Of a stretch of 64,000 nucleotides of DNA, positions 1 through 16,535 are shown one piece after another. The number at the start of each line of letters is the position of its first letter. Within the stretch, counting starts at the first letter, position 1. The stretch is from the human T2T-CHM13v2.0 reference genome, Homo sapiens: assembly GCF_009914755.1 (NCBI RefSeq), contig NC_060930.1; one strand, given 5' to 3'. A program made the translations under genes and the position numbers. The notes below the pieces were generated by a model that searched no databases, was not told where the DNA came from, and saw only the letters and a program-made list of their open reading frames with translations.

Positions 1-1179
1 CCTGAAATTATTTGTTCACTTCTGATCCTAAAGCGAAGGTGGAGGGAAGATGGTGCTGAATCTGCAATTTTCTCTCGGGCACTGGAGGTGCCAAAGACTG
101 AAACAAAAGAGTTCTGAAGGGTCCCTTCTTCATCTGTTTTAGGTGAAAGCAAGGTGGGAGATTAACAGGAGAAGCTGAGGAGACTGAAGATGCTGCATTC
201 CTATAGAAGAGCTGGGAACAATTCTTACCTTTCAAATGGACCTTTACTTTTCCCAGTAATCAATGGAAGGTCAAAAAAGGAACCCAAGTAGGAATAAGCA
301 GCTCCACGTATACCTTGGATAGGGGACAGTGGGGTGAAGAGGGCACAGGAGACACTGATAAAGAAGTCTGAGAATTACTACCTTGATGGACTGAAGGAGT
401 TTCTGAATAAACTGAATTTATTTTCTACAGCTTATGGAAACTGAAGCAGTACTTACACATCTAGCATCTATTCTCATTCCTCATTTCCTCATTCGTAATA
501 ATACACAGTTCCTTTCAGCCTAAATCTTTCATCACTCACTATAACATAGCAAAACAGATTGACTTTGCTGCAGCTCATCTTCTTGATGAATATATATCAC
601 TTCACAATATCCCATATTCCTTGTTCAATATTAATTGCTAAGAAACACAACAGCAAACTGTGAAAACAACATGATCTGCGTGGTATTGCCTATTATCCCC
701 CATCCTGGACATTTTGCCTGCACTATGAGTTCATAAAGTATCCATCTAAAGTGCCATTCTTCTTGCAGAGGAAATTCAAGGCTATTCATGAATAGGCAAC
801 AATGGAATATGTGATGGAAAATCAAACCAAAGCCTTCCATTGCGTTAGAGATATAAAAAGCTCTGCTGTTGGAAGGTTTCTTTTTCCCAAAAACCATCAC
901 CAATAAATTTCATTGCAATATTTTTCCAAAGCTTTCAGAAATAATATTGCTTCACTCACAGGGTAAAAAAGAGAGATACTGCAAACAAACTGTGCATCCT
1001 CTCAAGCTCTTAATGTTTGTTTACCAGGATTGTAGAAAGGAGAATTAAAAGCCTACTTACTATTTACGGAGTAATAGGAGAAAAGACAATGTTCCCATGA
1101 TTTTAAAATAAATTATAATACCAGATGGATTATTTCCCTGCTTGAATCAAGTTGACTTTGACAGCAAGGGCCATTTTTT

Positions 1180-1461
1180 GTTTTTTGAGACAGAGTCTCG
1201 CTCTGTTGCCCTGGCTGGAGTGCAGTGGTGCGATCTCGGCTCACTGCAAGCTCTGCCTCCCGGGTTAACGCCATTGTCCTGCCTCCCGAGTAGCTGGGAC
1301 TACAGGCGCCCGCCACCACGCCCGGCTAATTTTTTGTATTTTCAGTAGAGACGGGGTTTCACCGTATTAGCCAGGATGGTCTCGATCTCCTGACGTCGTG
1401 ATCCGCCCACCTCGGCCTCCCAAAGTGCTGGGATTACAGGCGTGAGCTACCGCACCCGGCC
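1180..1461 (-). mobile_element. AluY SINE
   Basis: Reverse-complement Alu dimer with AluY-type motifs (CTGCAAGCTC, GCCAGGATGGTCTCGATCTCC). TSD AGCAAGGGCCATTTTTT at 1163-1179 and 1470-1486. Confidence 0.93.
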
Positions 1462-4400
1462 AGCAAGGGAGCAAGGGCCATTTTTTGACTTCGAGAAACT
1501 TCTGAATTCTTACCTGCTTCTTTCTCTGCTTTCCCTAGGGACTAGATTCTGATTGACTTAGATATTTAGTCCACCAATTAGTGCTGATGGTGTTGAGTGA
1601 CAGCCTCGGTCTTGCTTTGAAAAGGCACCTTCCCTTCTAAACTCTCCTTGCCTAGGAGTTTGAACTTCATTAATTTTTGTCAGTGTGTCCATTATCCAAG
1701 GTATTACACCACAGCCTGTAAGTAAAAATCTCCATTGCTCAGTTTTATATGCACTGCTTAATGGAAAGCAAATGATCTGAATTAAATGCCATTGCCACCA
1801 AATAAAATACCTGTCCTATCTGATATAGGAGTTTTACTGGCAAAGGTTAGATTACATCCTGATCAAATATGGGGAGATTCTGTCATATGTTTTTCTTCTT
1901 TTCAAAAATGCTGCATTAACTTCCACAAACTCATGATGACCAATAACAGGGAATAATACAACCCCAGACAGGAAAGACAGAGAGTTTCTTGGTGACAGAG
2001 GGTATTATGAATGATGAAAGTCAAGGCCTCACTGTCTCACAAGCAAGGGAGTATGACTTAGGGGGCCTAAATGAAATGACTGCCTATATTAGTGATATTA
2101 ACCAGCTTGAGTGAAAAATGTATTTAATTATCTGCACTAGATATCAAACTGAAAGTAAATAATGAATCTCATGAATCTCATTTGGTCACCAAATTGGTTA
2201 CCAATTCAATCAAACTGATTGTATGTGTACATCTTTCTTCCCTTTGGGTGTGTATGTGCGCATTCCTTAGTGTTCATGTGAGTGTTAATTTTTATTTCAT
2301 ATGTGAAATTCTTGGAATTCTTGGGCAGAAACTGCAAAGGAAAAGATTACATTTGCCAAACACCACAATTTTCATAAAGAAGGCTACAAATCACTTTTAA
2401 ATAGGACCTTGAGATTGTCTAACTAAATCAATTATATTAATATTATACCGTACTGCCTAGGGGGGCACCTATTTGGGCCTATTATTTCCCCTGCTGCCCC
2501 CCCTTCATTAACATTAGATATTAAATATTTAAAATTAATTTGCTAAAATTGTAATGTTCAATGTTTTAAATCAAATGAGTAGTCAATATTTAAATATTTT
2601 GTCTTGAAATGAGAAATCAAATATGTGTTTATACACAGTTACTTACTTTATTGATGCAATGACCACATTGTCAGCTGGAACAATACATTAAGGTATCACG
2701 GAGACAGTTGACCATCTTTCCCGTTCAGTTAAGACCAACACCAAGCTAAACAGGCTCATGTTACTCCTTGATTTGTCCCAGAGCAGACCTATGTTTATGT
2801 ACTCCCCTGCCCTTCCGTTTTAGGAAATACCTGCTGGTACCTCCCGTGAAGGAATTCCAGGTTCCTGCTTCCCAAAGCATCTGGATTGTCTCCTCTGTGG
2901 CTCTGGTGCCTGAGGAGGCCAGCACACCTTGACCTCTGTTGGGCTGCAGCCTCTGAAGGGTGACCCAGCATCTGGGCTGTCTCAGGGGCCCAGCTGGGCT
3001 AAGAACTGAAGTCACTTTTCACTAATAAACATAAATCCAGCTTTAAAATCATTTCAGTTTTATTTGTTTTAATACACATATTTTCAGAATAATGCAACTT
3101 GAAGAATAATCTTGTAATTGTGCATTCTATAAGTGTTAGGTATTTTGAAAATAAAACATGGTTTTATTAGTTCATCAATATTCTTGCTTGACCTACTTTC
3201 ATAGAGAATGTCAGTGTAAACAGGAATGTATATGCATGTATATAATGTGGAAAAGTGTATAAGGTACAGAAACACATATACCACCCTAAATTTTGTATGC
3301 GAAGAGATATTCAGCTATCTACCCATCTTTTGACAATCTAAACATACAGCTATGCAGGAAGGTATTTATTCTTCTGCAGCCATAAACAATGTTGTGTATA
3401 TCCCCAGAATCAGGAAGCTAGAATACTGTCTTCTGGAACAGAGTAAGTGCCTGATAAATATTTTCAAATCAAATTCTTATTTTATGTAATTTTAAAAAGA
3501 GAGAGAGAAACTGAGGACTGACGCCAGCCCTCTTGGGTGGTTTGTCCCAAAAGTTGTTGGTCTAAGGACCTGAGGTAGACCATTTGCATGTAGCATGGGA
3601 GTCCAGGAAGCAGAGAAAGACAGTCACAGTAAGAAGAAAGAGAAACAGACCTGATGGGCAACAGATAGTCTGATTCCTTTTCAATCTCTGTTCCTGAAAT
3701 CTACATTACAGTCCTGATTCCTATAATCTTAAAAGGATATTCAGTATATTTTGCTTAAGATATATTTTTATTAATTTTAAGGAAAGGAGTTATAAATTAG
3801 TTAATTCACATGTGCACACACACACACAAGAAATTTTAAAAAAGAATTAGAAGTGTTTGTATCACAAATAAAATGAAACAAAATTATTTCAAAAATTAAA
3901 AATAGAAGCGCCAAATAATATGAAGGCCTGAGAATAAGCGAAATTATTACAGAAAAAAAAACTAAGAAAATCCCCAGCAATCACCCCTGAGCTTCCTAAA
4001 AGTTAAAGAGGAAAATAGTCTACAGAATACCCATTGTTAATTGAAACCAAGCACTGAAATTCAACCTAAAAAGACAAAAATGTAAACTTTGAAGGGAACT
4101 ATGAGGTCATTATTATAAATAACACCAGCTAATTTAATATATTATACATTCATAGTATATAGCATAGAGTATGTATTTATGTATATATGTGTGTGTATAT
4201 ATATATATACATAATATGTACACATATTTTGACCCTTGAATAAATACTTAACTAAATGGCATACAGTTAAAATGTATTTCTAAAAGAAAAAAAAAATAAA
4301 GAAATGTTAGCATCAAGTAACTCAAAAGTGTAGTTTATTATTTATACATGGGATCAGCCTAAAGGATTTTTAAGCATGATGATTTAACCTGTTTAAAAGC

Positions 4401-5158
4401 TAGAACCAGATTTATAATTTTCTTCTAGTAAACAATAATGTTTCTTGTCTTTATGTTATCTTTCCAGATTTCATTTTTCCTTATTACCTACTTTTCCCAT
4501 CTACTTACTTCAAAATATATTTTACCTTGTTATGCTTTCTATGTTTGTAAACCTGAGGTAAATTCTTTCTGGAGTTAAATGGACTATGCATACCTATGTC
4601 CTTACATATGTGCATACAGAGACTGGCAGAGAAAGGGAAACCCTCTGAATTGATCCCCACTTGGCTTCCTTGCTAGACTAACCAATGTTCTCCATTTCTC
4701 CTGTAAAACTTTTGGCTTTTGCCCAGGGCACATTAAAATTCAATTGGAAAGCAACTTTGCATTATGCTAGTATATATTTGTCTCCAGTAATAATACAAAC
4801 TTAAATCAGTTGTGTTTGTTCTACAGCTGGTTTCATCCTGTACTGCTTGTTAGTTTAGTAACCTATTTAATTAAATTGTATTTATCCTTGTGAAATTATA
4901 TTTACCCTAGTTAAGTTGCATTTATCCTTATGAATGTATCCTTGTAAAAACAGATTATATCATTAAAAAAATTAATTTGTGTCTTCATAGAGATCGATAC
5001 AAGAATCTTGCTTTAAAAAAAATGTAGAATTTTCAAAATATATCCAAAATCCAGCTCTTTCTCAGCAGCTTCACTGATACCATCCTGGTCTAAGCCATTA
5101 TTTTTCATTTTTCCTCTGGATTATTGAAATAGCCTACTTATTGGCAGTCCTGTTCATC

Positions 5159-5201
<43 letters not shown>

Positions 5202-5291
5202 CCTTTTGAGCCTATTCTCAAGATAACTGCCAGGGTCTTTGTACTGGCTGATGCTCTTGCTGTAAGACTCTTCCCTCAGATGCTTATGTAG

Positions 5292-5634
<343 letters not shown>

Positions 5635-5723
5635 TCATTTAAGTCTTTATTCAAATGCTGTCTTCTCCTAATATAGAGGCCAACTGTGACCTCTTAAGTG
5701 GGACCGCAAACTCCCACATTTCT

Positions 5724-8968
<3,245 letters not shown>

Positions 8969-9279
8969 CAAACTCCCACATTTCTAATTCTTTTTACACT
9001 GGTTTTCCTTTTCCTAGAGTACTTTCCACTTCTATAGACTACATTATTTATTTATTTATTATGTTTATTATTTGTTTGTTTGTACCCATGAGGCAGACAG
9101 AATATAATCCCCATGACAGCATTCTGTTTTCCAATCTGCCCCCAAGTGCCTGGTGCAAAATAGACTCTAAATGTTAGCTGAATTAATGAATAAAATCAAA
9201 TGTGAACAAGATAGCTAAAAAATGTAGCTAGTAAATGAGTTGGTGAGTACTAAATCGACTTATGAAAACCAAGTGTCTC

Positions 9280-11330
9280 TCTTTACCAGCAATAACTAAT
9301 TAGAAAAACAGTTTTTAAAATAATTGTTTACAATAGCCACAATATTATAAGGAATTAGCTTAACCAAGAGTCTAAAACACTTCCATGAATAAAATTTCAG
9401 CATTTTTTAAAAAAAGGACAAAAAGGATAATCTGAAAAGAGATGTTTATATCAATTCTTCATGTCTATTAATCTGTAAACTGAATGCAATTCAATACAAA
9501 TTATATTTGAATATTTGAGAAAATTAGTATTCTACAATACATAAGGGAATAATAAGGGAACATGAATAGATACCAGGCTTCAAAAGAAGATTAAATACTG
9601 AGATTTGTCCTACCAAATATTAAGCCACACTTTGCAACAGACATTGGATCAATGGTACAGAATAGAGAATTTAGAGAAGACTTTCAATTTATTATACAAT
9701 TGGCACTTCAAATTAATAGGGAGAAACAGACTGTTTAGAAAATGAAATTTGAAAAATGGGTTGATTATAAAGAGAAAAAGAAAACTTTATTTCTACCTAC
9801 CACAACATGTAATGTGGATTCCAGGTAGATTTAACACTTAAGGTTGAAGATAAAACTAAATATTTAACAGAACAAAAAATAGAGAATATCTGTGTAATCT
9901 AAGGGAATGCAAATGTTCTTAAAACTTCAAAAGCCTGTACCATGAAACAAAAAGAATAAAATAATGCGATTACATAAAAAATAAGGAATTCTGGTTAATG
10001 AAGATTTCCATGAATGAGCAGGTGGATACGTAAATATGGAAAATATTTTTTGATGTCTAAAACCAACAGGACTAATCTGTAGAATAAAACAAAAATGTCT
10101 TTGCATTAACCAGAAAAATACAGGATCTTCAAAGGAAAATGGGCAAAGATGTAAACAGACCATTTAGAGAAGAGTAAACACAAAAGATTATCGAATACAT
10201 GAAGCCATACCCTGTCTGACTAGTAAAAGGATAAATGCAGTTGAAAACAACAATCAGATCCATTTGACTTAATCACCAATGATAAGTTGAGTTATGTTGA
10301 TATTATGTATCCCTTAATATGACAAAATAAGAAGAGAATCTTGTCTCTATTATATACTTGTCAAATCTGAAACCAAGGTCTAATCAGGAAAACACAACAG
10401 AGAAACCTAAATTAAGGCCATTCTACAAAATAAAGACCTGTTTAGCAGTCTTCAAAAGTCTCAAGGTCATGAAAAACAAGGAATGACTGAGAAACTATCA
10501 CAGATAGGAGGAAGCTAAAGAGATAGAATAACTAACTGCAATGTAATATTCCGAAGTGAATCTTGCAGTAGAAAATGGACCTACAAGGAGAAATGTGAGA
10601 TCTAAATAAAATCTGTAGTTTACTTAATAGTATTGGGCTGATGTTGAATCCCTTAGTTTTGGCAAATGTATCATGGCTATGTTAACGTTAAGGACGCTGG
10701 ATAAAGGGTACATAGAAACTTTCTGTACCGCCTTCTCAACTTTCACGTAAATCTAAAATAATTTCAAAATATAAAAGATTTTTAAAAATAAAAAATGCAA
10801 TATCCCTTTACATTTCTAAGGCTGACAAAATTAGATCACTGGAAAATGTGAAGTATTGGAGAAGATGTGCAAATACAGAAACTCCTATGCATTAGTAATG
10901 GCATTATAGACTAGTGCAGATATTCTGGAGATAATTATGTCATACGCCATGAGCCAGCGATTTCTCTCCTGAATATCTATATCAAAGAAATTCTTGCACC
11001 AAAATGAGACATATGTGATATGCATGTATATCACAATATATCAGTATTTTTTGTAGTGGTGAGTGCCCATCACTGGAAAACTGAATCTACAAAATACATT
11101 GGATTCACATCAAGGAATATCATGCAGCATTAGAAGTAGTAGATAAATTCCACAGAAAGCAACATAGAGGGCTGTTGAAAATATAGTGCTCAATGAAAGT
11201 AGACATGAAATGAGATATACTGTACTTTATACTACATTTATAGTACATCACACAAAATACTACACATTGTACAAGAACATATACAATTCAAATTTTACAC
11301 AATTAAACACATTGGAATTCTTGCCATCCT
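9280..11330 (+). mobile_element. Ancient L1M (L1ME-like) ORF2/3' remnants, with an L1MC-like 3' end nested at ~10270-10790
   Basis: Degenerate L1 motifs (GATCAATGGTACAGAATAGAGA, AAATGGGCAAAGATGTAAACAGAC) and an L1MC4/5-like 3'UTR ending AAATCTAAAATAATTTCAAAATATAAAAG. Confidence 0.55.
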
Positions 11331-11925
11331 GCTAAACACATTAGAATGGAAAATAACTCAAGATTAAGGAATAGGTATTCACACCAATCAATCAAGCAAT
11401 AAATTGGCCTTGGGAAAACCAATGATAATGGGTCACAAAATAGGTATATGACCTACTCTTCTTGCTACACCAAAAACTTTTTTAAGTAGGCAAAATCTAG
11501 GATAGTATGCTCAGATTACTTAGCAAATATCCTTGGTTTTATTTTGTTTTGTTTTGTTTTCATTTTAAAGAATCTGAAACTGGATACCAGAGAATCTACC
11601 ACAGATTCAGTTTTCCAAGGAAAGATGACCTCAAACTCCGTTCAAAGGGCTCATACTTGATGATATCACCTTGACCTTACACCTAAAGTTTGATGGATAA
11701 GTTAGGTTTCAGATTAAAATATGTATTTTAAGTTAAAATTATAAATTATATATGTATTTTTTAAAGAACGCCAATTTTACCTGTGTATTTCAATGGACTA
11801 AATAGGTTAAATTATAAAATAGGTTTAGTGCTACCCATCTGCATGCTAGGAGAAATCTGCTTCAGATTAGAAGTTTATTTTTGTCCTAATCAGTATTTAG
11901 TTTCCCCCACACCCCACACCCATAG

Positions 11926-12141
<216 letters not shown>

Positions 12142-14168
12142 TAAATAATAAGGTCATCTCCTCAGAATAGGGAAAGATACCATTCTTTCTGTTGGCTCTG
12201 AAAACAGGACTAGTATACATTTTCATCACAAACAGAATCAGGTCAAATAATTGCTTCATGAATTTATATATTCCTATATAAATGCAAACATTTTTCACTT
12301 AGCAATGGCAAAGACATTTTTAAATTAGCAAATGATTCCAGATTCATTTATGCAAAGAAAATACAACTTGTGAACAATTTAGTTTATCTTCATTGTGTTT
12401 TCCATTAGGAAATAGTCACTATTCAGCTATAGCATATCTGCTAGTTCATCCCTTCCCAAGGCATTTATTACTGTTTTGTGGATAGATGTAAATTATAAAT
12501 CAAAAATTCATCTGAACATAATTCTATCATTATCTTGAAGTCAACATGAAAGAGATGCTAATTGAATTGGTTTAAATACTGACAAGTTAACTGCATTTTA
12601 AAAAATACTTACGCCATATAGGATTCTAATCAGTGTAATATTAGACTTTTTTTGTTTTTATTATTTGGCATAATTTTTAAACCTGAGCTGCTTCTTTATA
12701 AGCATTTCATTTGCACAGGTTACCATTTTGGTAGTTCAACAGTAATTAATGATTAACATAATTAATCTAAATGCATACGATTATAGGATTTTCACCCTAT
12801 AATTACATTACCTGATTAAGAAATTATGATGCAGAATAAAATGATTATGAAAGGTGATGACTTTAAATAAAATCTATCCTAAAGTATTCTTTGTTTACTT
12901 AGTAAAGCATGTGATTAGCAAAATTACATAGTACTCTGCTCTTCCTAGTTACGTATTTTTGAAGGAAAGCAAATAACATGCATTCAGCACTGATTTTTCC
13001 CTTCCAAGGTTGGGAAGAACCCACTCCCCCCTAGAAAATGGGAGGGAATCAATCTTATTCTCAACTGTTTCACAAGAAAGTATAAATGGGAAAGAGCACG
13101 ACTACTTGCCAGAAAGTAACATTGAAGTTTTGGTAAAGTCGTACTTACTTTTTCTCTTTTGATTCCAGGAGTCAACATGTAACTAAGACTCCTAGAATTA
13201 AATTCTAAATCACATTATTGAGTGTGAGGAACAGAGAATAATTTGCTATTAATAATTTATCTTTGCTCCTGTATGAGGAGTCTCTCAACTCCTGACTGCT
13301 TCCCTACCTCAGGCAACATCAGCACAGTGTGGTCACAAGTGAGGTCATGACCACATCCCCTAACCAGCCTGCACTTCTGCACAGAGGCCTACACAGAGGC
13401 CTATTCCTCTTGCACAAAAGCTTACCGGCTTACATTTATTTGACAGTAATGTTCAATGTCACCAGTTTGTTTGAGAATCCAGTAAGAAGGTATTTATAAA
13501 GTACTTTGGAGCTGTAAAAGGTTATAAAACCTAAGGGTTTTTGTTGTTTTCATTACGGTCCACAGCTGCCATACGATGAGATTAACTGCATTTTCAATCT
13601 ACCCTCTTTTCCAAACTATGGACATTTTCACAAATGTTTGCTATGTTGAAAAGTCCCTCCTCCCTCATATACCCCATCTAGAGAATTTACATATTCCCTC
13701 CTTTGTGCTATCATAACACATTGTACATTTCTCATTTTGCATTAGCCTGTTGTGGAGATGTGGGTCTTCTTCACTAGGTTGAGGGCAGAGGTCACATATT
13801 TCATTTCTCTTCCCTGTAACCTATTAAAGTGCCTCTTATATAGTGAGTATCCAATTTATGTTTGTTTAATACACAAACAAATTAATAAATAATAAATTAA
13901 GATATTCTTGGATGGCAGAGTAACATTCTATATCCAACCTATTAACAAATTTATGACCAGGTTATCCAAAAGTCATAAAAACAATGAGAAAGTAAGATTT
14001 AAACTCTACACCTAAATAAAATATATTCCTGCTACACAAAAGAAACTTGTTGACCTTAGGAAAAACAATTTTATGAAATTTCAAGTAAACTAAATTTCCA
14101 TGACCATAGTACAAAATCTAGCCACAACTTCTAAATAAAATTACAAATAAAAGTCTTCATAGGAAATA

Positions 14169-14169
<1 letters not shown>

Positions 14170-14205
<36 letters not shown>
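14170..14205. repeat. (CA)n microsatellite
   Basis: About 18 CA units. Confidence 0.95.
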
Positions 14206-14207
<2 letters not shown>

Positions 14208-15527
14208 CACATCAGTTTTATTTTACCTTTTAATGAAATTAATAAAAGATGTTGTTACTGTATTTATTCTTTCCAGCACCTCTAATCTTGAGTAATCTAC
14301 AGTGGCACAGAAAGTATTTTGGGACAGATATGAATGTAATCATGGTGTACAATGGTTATGTATCACAGTTGTTACTGTCTGTAAGATGCAAAGCAGATCG
14401 AAAGCATCTGAGGTTTGTGGAAATTGTTAAGTAGGAATCAGATGATTATCTGACAGGAGGCAAGTCCAGCTTGAGGAGCCATGGAAACCATCCATAGTCA
14501 CTTTAAAAAAATTTTTTAAAACTCATTCCTTGAGACTTAATTTTCATAATGCCAACATAATTTAGTTCAATTCACCGGAGAGAATTCTTCTTCTAATCTC
14601 TTAAATTCTGCTATATTCCTTTCAAAATTTCTATAACAGAAATAGCTCATCTTGTATTAACTGAAGGAAATCATCTTCAAAGCAGAACTTCCTTTGGTAA
14701 GTTCATTTTCCAATTTTTCCAAAATTTGGATGCCATTTGCAGTTAATCAAAACCTTTGCATCTTGTTCCTTTATTAGCATGTTCAGAAAAATAAATGCTA
14801 TAGGCAGACGTTATGACTCAGTGATGGTGTCTAAACGCTAAGTTCTCAAAGGCATTCTGCATTGCAACCACTGTTGCTCTCCCTCAGCAAAGCCCCAGAA
14901 TCAGGGAAAACAGCCCATGAAACCTGTGAATAGCTATCTTTGACTTTTGGCAAAATCAGCGTTAAAAGACTAATAAATAAATAGAAACAGTCTAAACATA
15001 TCCTTGTTTGAATAGTTACACATGTAAATGTTGTTAGTCTTTGGTGAAATTGCCAAATCAAACTTTGCTTTATCAACTAATTTAGGGGTTTTTATCCAAA
15101 ATGACTCCTCTGGGGAGTATAAAAGATAATTTTCCATTCAGCAGATAGCCTGTAATCTGGTACAAGTCGGGAGGAGAGGAGACGTGATCTGATAAACTGT
15201 CCTTCCAGTCAGTTTGCAGAAATTACTGTTAGCAGGGGAGGGGAGAGGGGAAGCCAGTGAAGAGCAGGAAGAGGTGGGGGAAGTGGGTGGGGCCTGGCGG
15301 GGGCATCCTGCGGAGCTGGAGTCCCCGGGCTCCGGCCAGAGGAAGTGAGGCTGGTGAGGCTGGTGAGGCTGGTGAAGCTGCGCTCGCTGGGCAGTCAGAG
15401 GGGACGGGAAGCACCAGAGGGGAAGCGGACTCGACCTGCTGGTGACTGCGCCATCCGGGACCGTCTTGCCTGGCCGCAGGTGCCCTGGATGAGGCCGCCT
15501 GCGCGCCCCCGAACGATTTTATAATCG

Positions 15528-16091
15528 ATGGATAAAGTGGGAAAAATGTGGAATAACTTCAAATACAGGTTTCAGAATCTCTTTGGTCATGAGGCAGGAA
15601 GCCGTAGTGAAAATGTGGACATGAACTCCAATAGATGTTTGTCTGTCAAAGAGACGAACATCAGCGTAGGAGACTCAACTCCTCAGCAACAAAGCAGTCC
15701 CTTAAGAGAAAATGTTGCCTTACAACCGGGATTAAGCCCTTCAGAGAATTCTTCAAGGAGAAATCAAAATCGTGCCACCGAAATCCCTCAAACTGTTGAA
15801 ATAAGCATTGAAAAGGATAATGAGTCCGGTGTTACCCCGGGAAAAAGGCTTGCACGAAGAGATTCCTACTCTCGACATGCTCCATGGGGTGGGAAGAAAA
15901 AACATTCCTGTTCTACAAAGACCCAGAGTTCATTGGATACTGATAAAAAGTTTGGTGGAACTCGAAGTGGACTTCAAAGGAGAGAGTGGCGCTACGGCGT
16001 AAGTTCTGTACACGACATGGACAGTGCTTCCAGCAGAACTGTAGGAAGTCGCTCTCTGAGACAGAGGTTGTGGGCTTGTGTTTTCCCATGA
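15528..16091 (+). CDS. Residual open ORF of the SOCS5 retrocopy: ~181 aa of SOCS5 N-terminus plus a frameshifted tail, 187 aa; probably non-functional
   Basis: ORF track; starts at the native ATG and contains no SH2 domain or SOCS box. Confidence 0.3.
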
Positions 16092-16143
16092 GAGCTTACT
16101 GCAAGCACTCAAAGCCTCTCCTTTCCAATGAAACAAAAATTCA

Positions 16144-16535
<392 letters not shown>

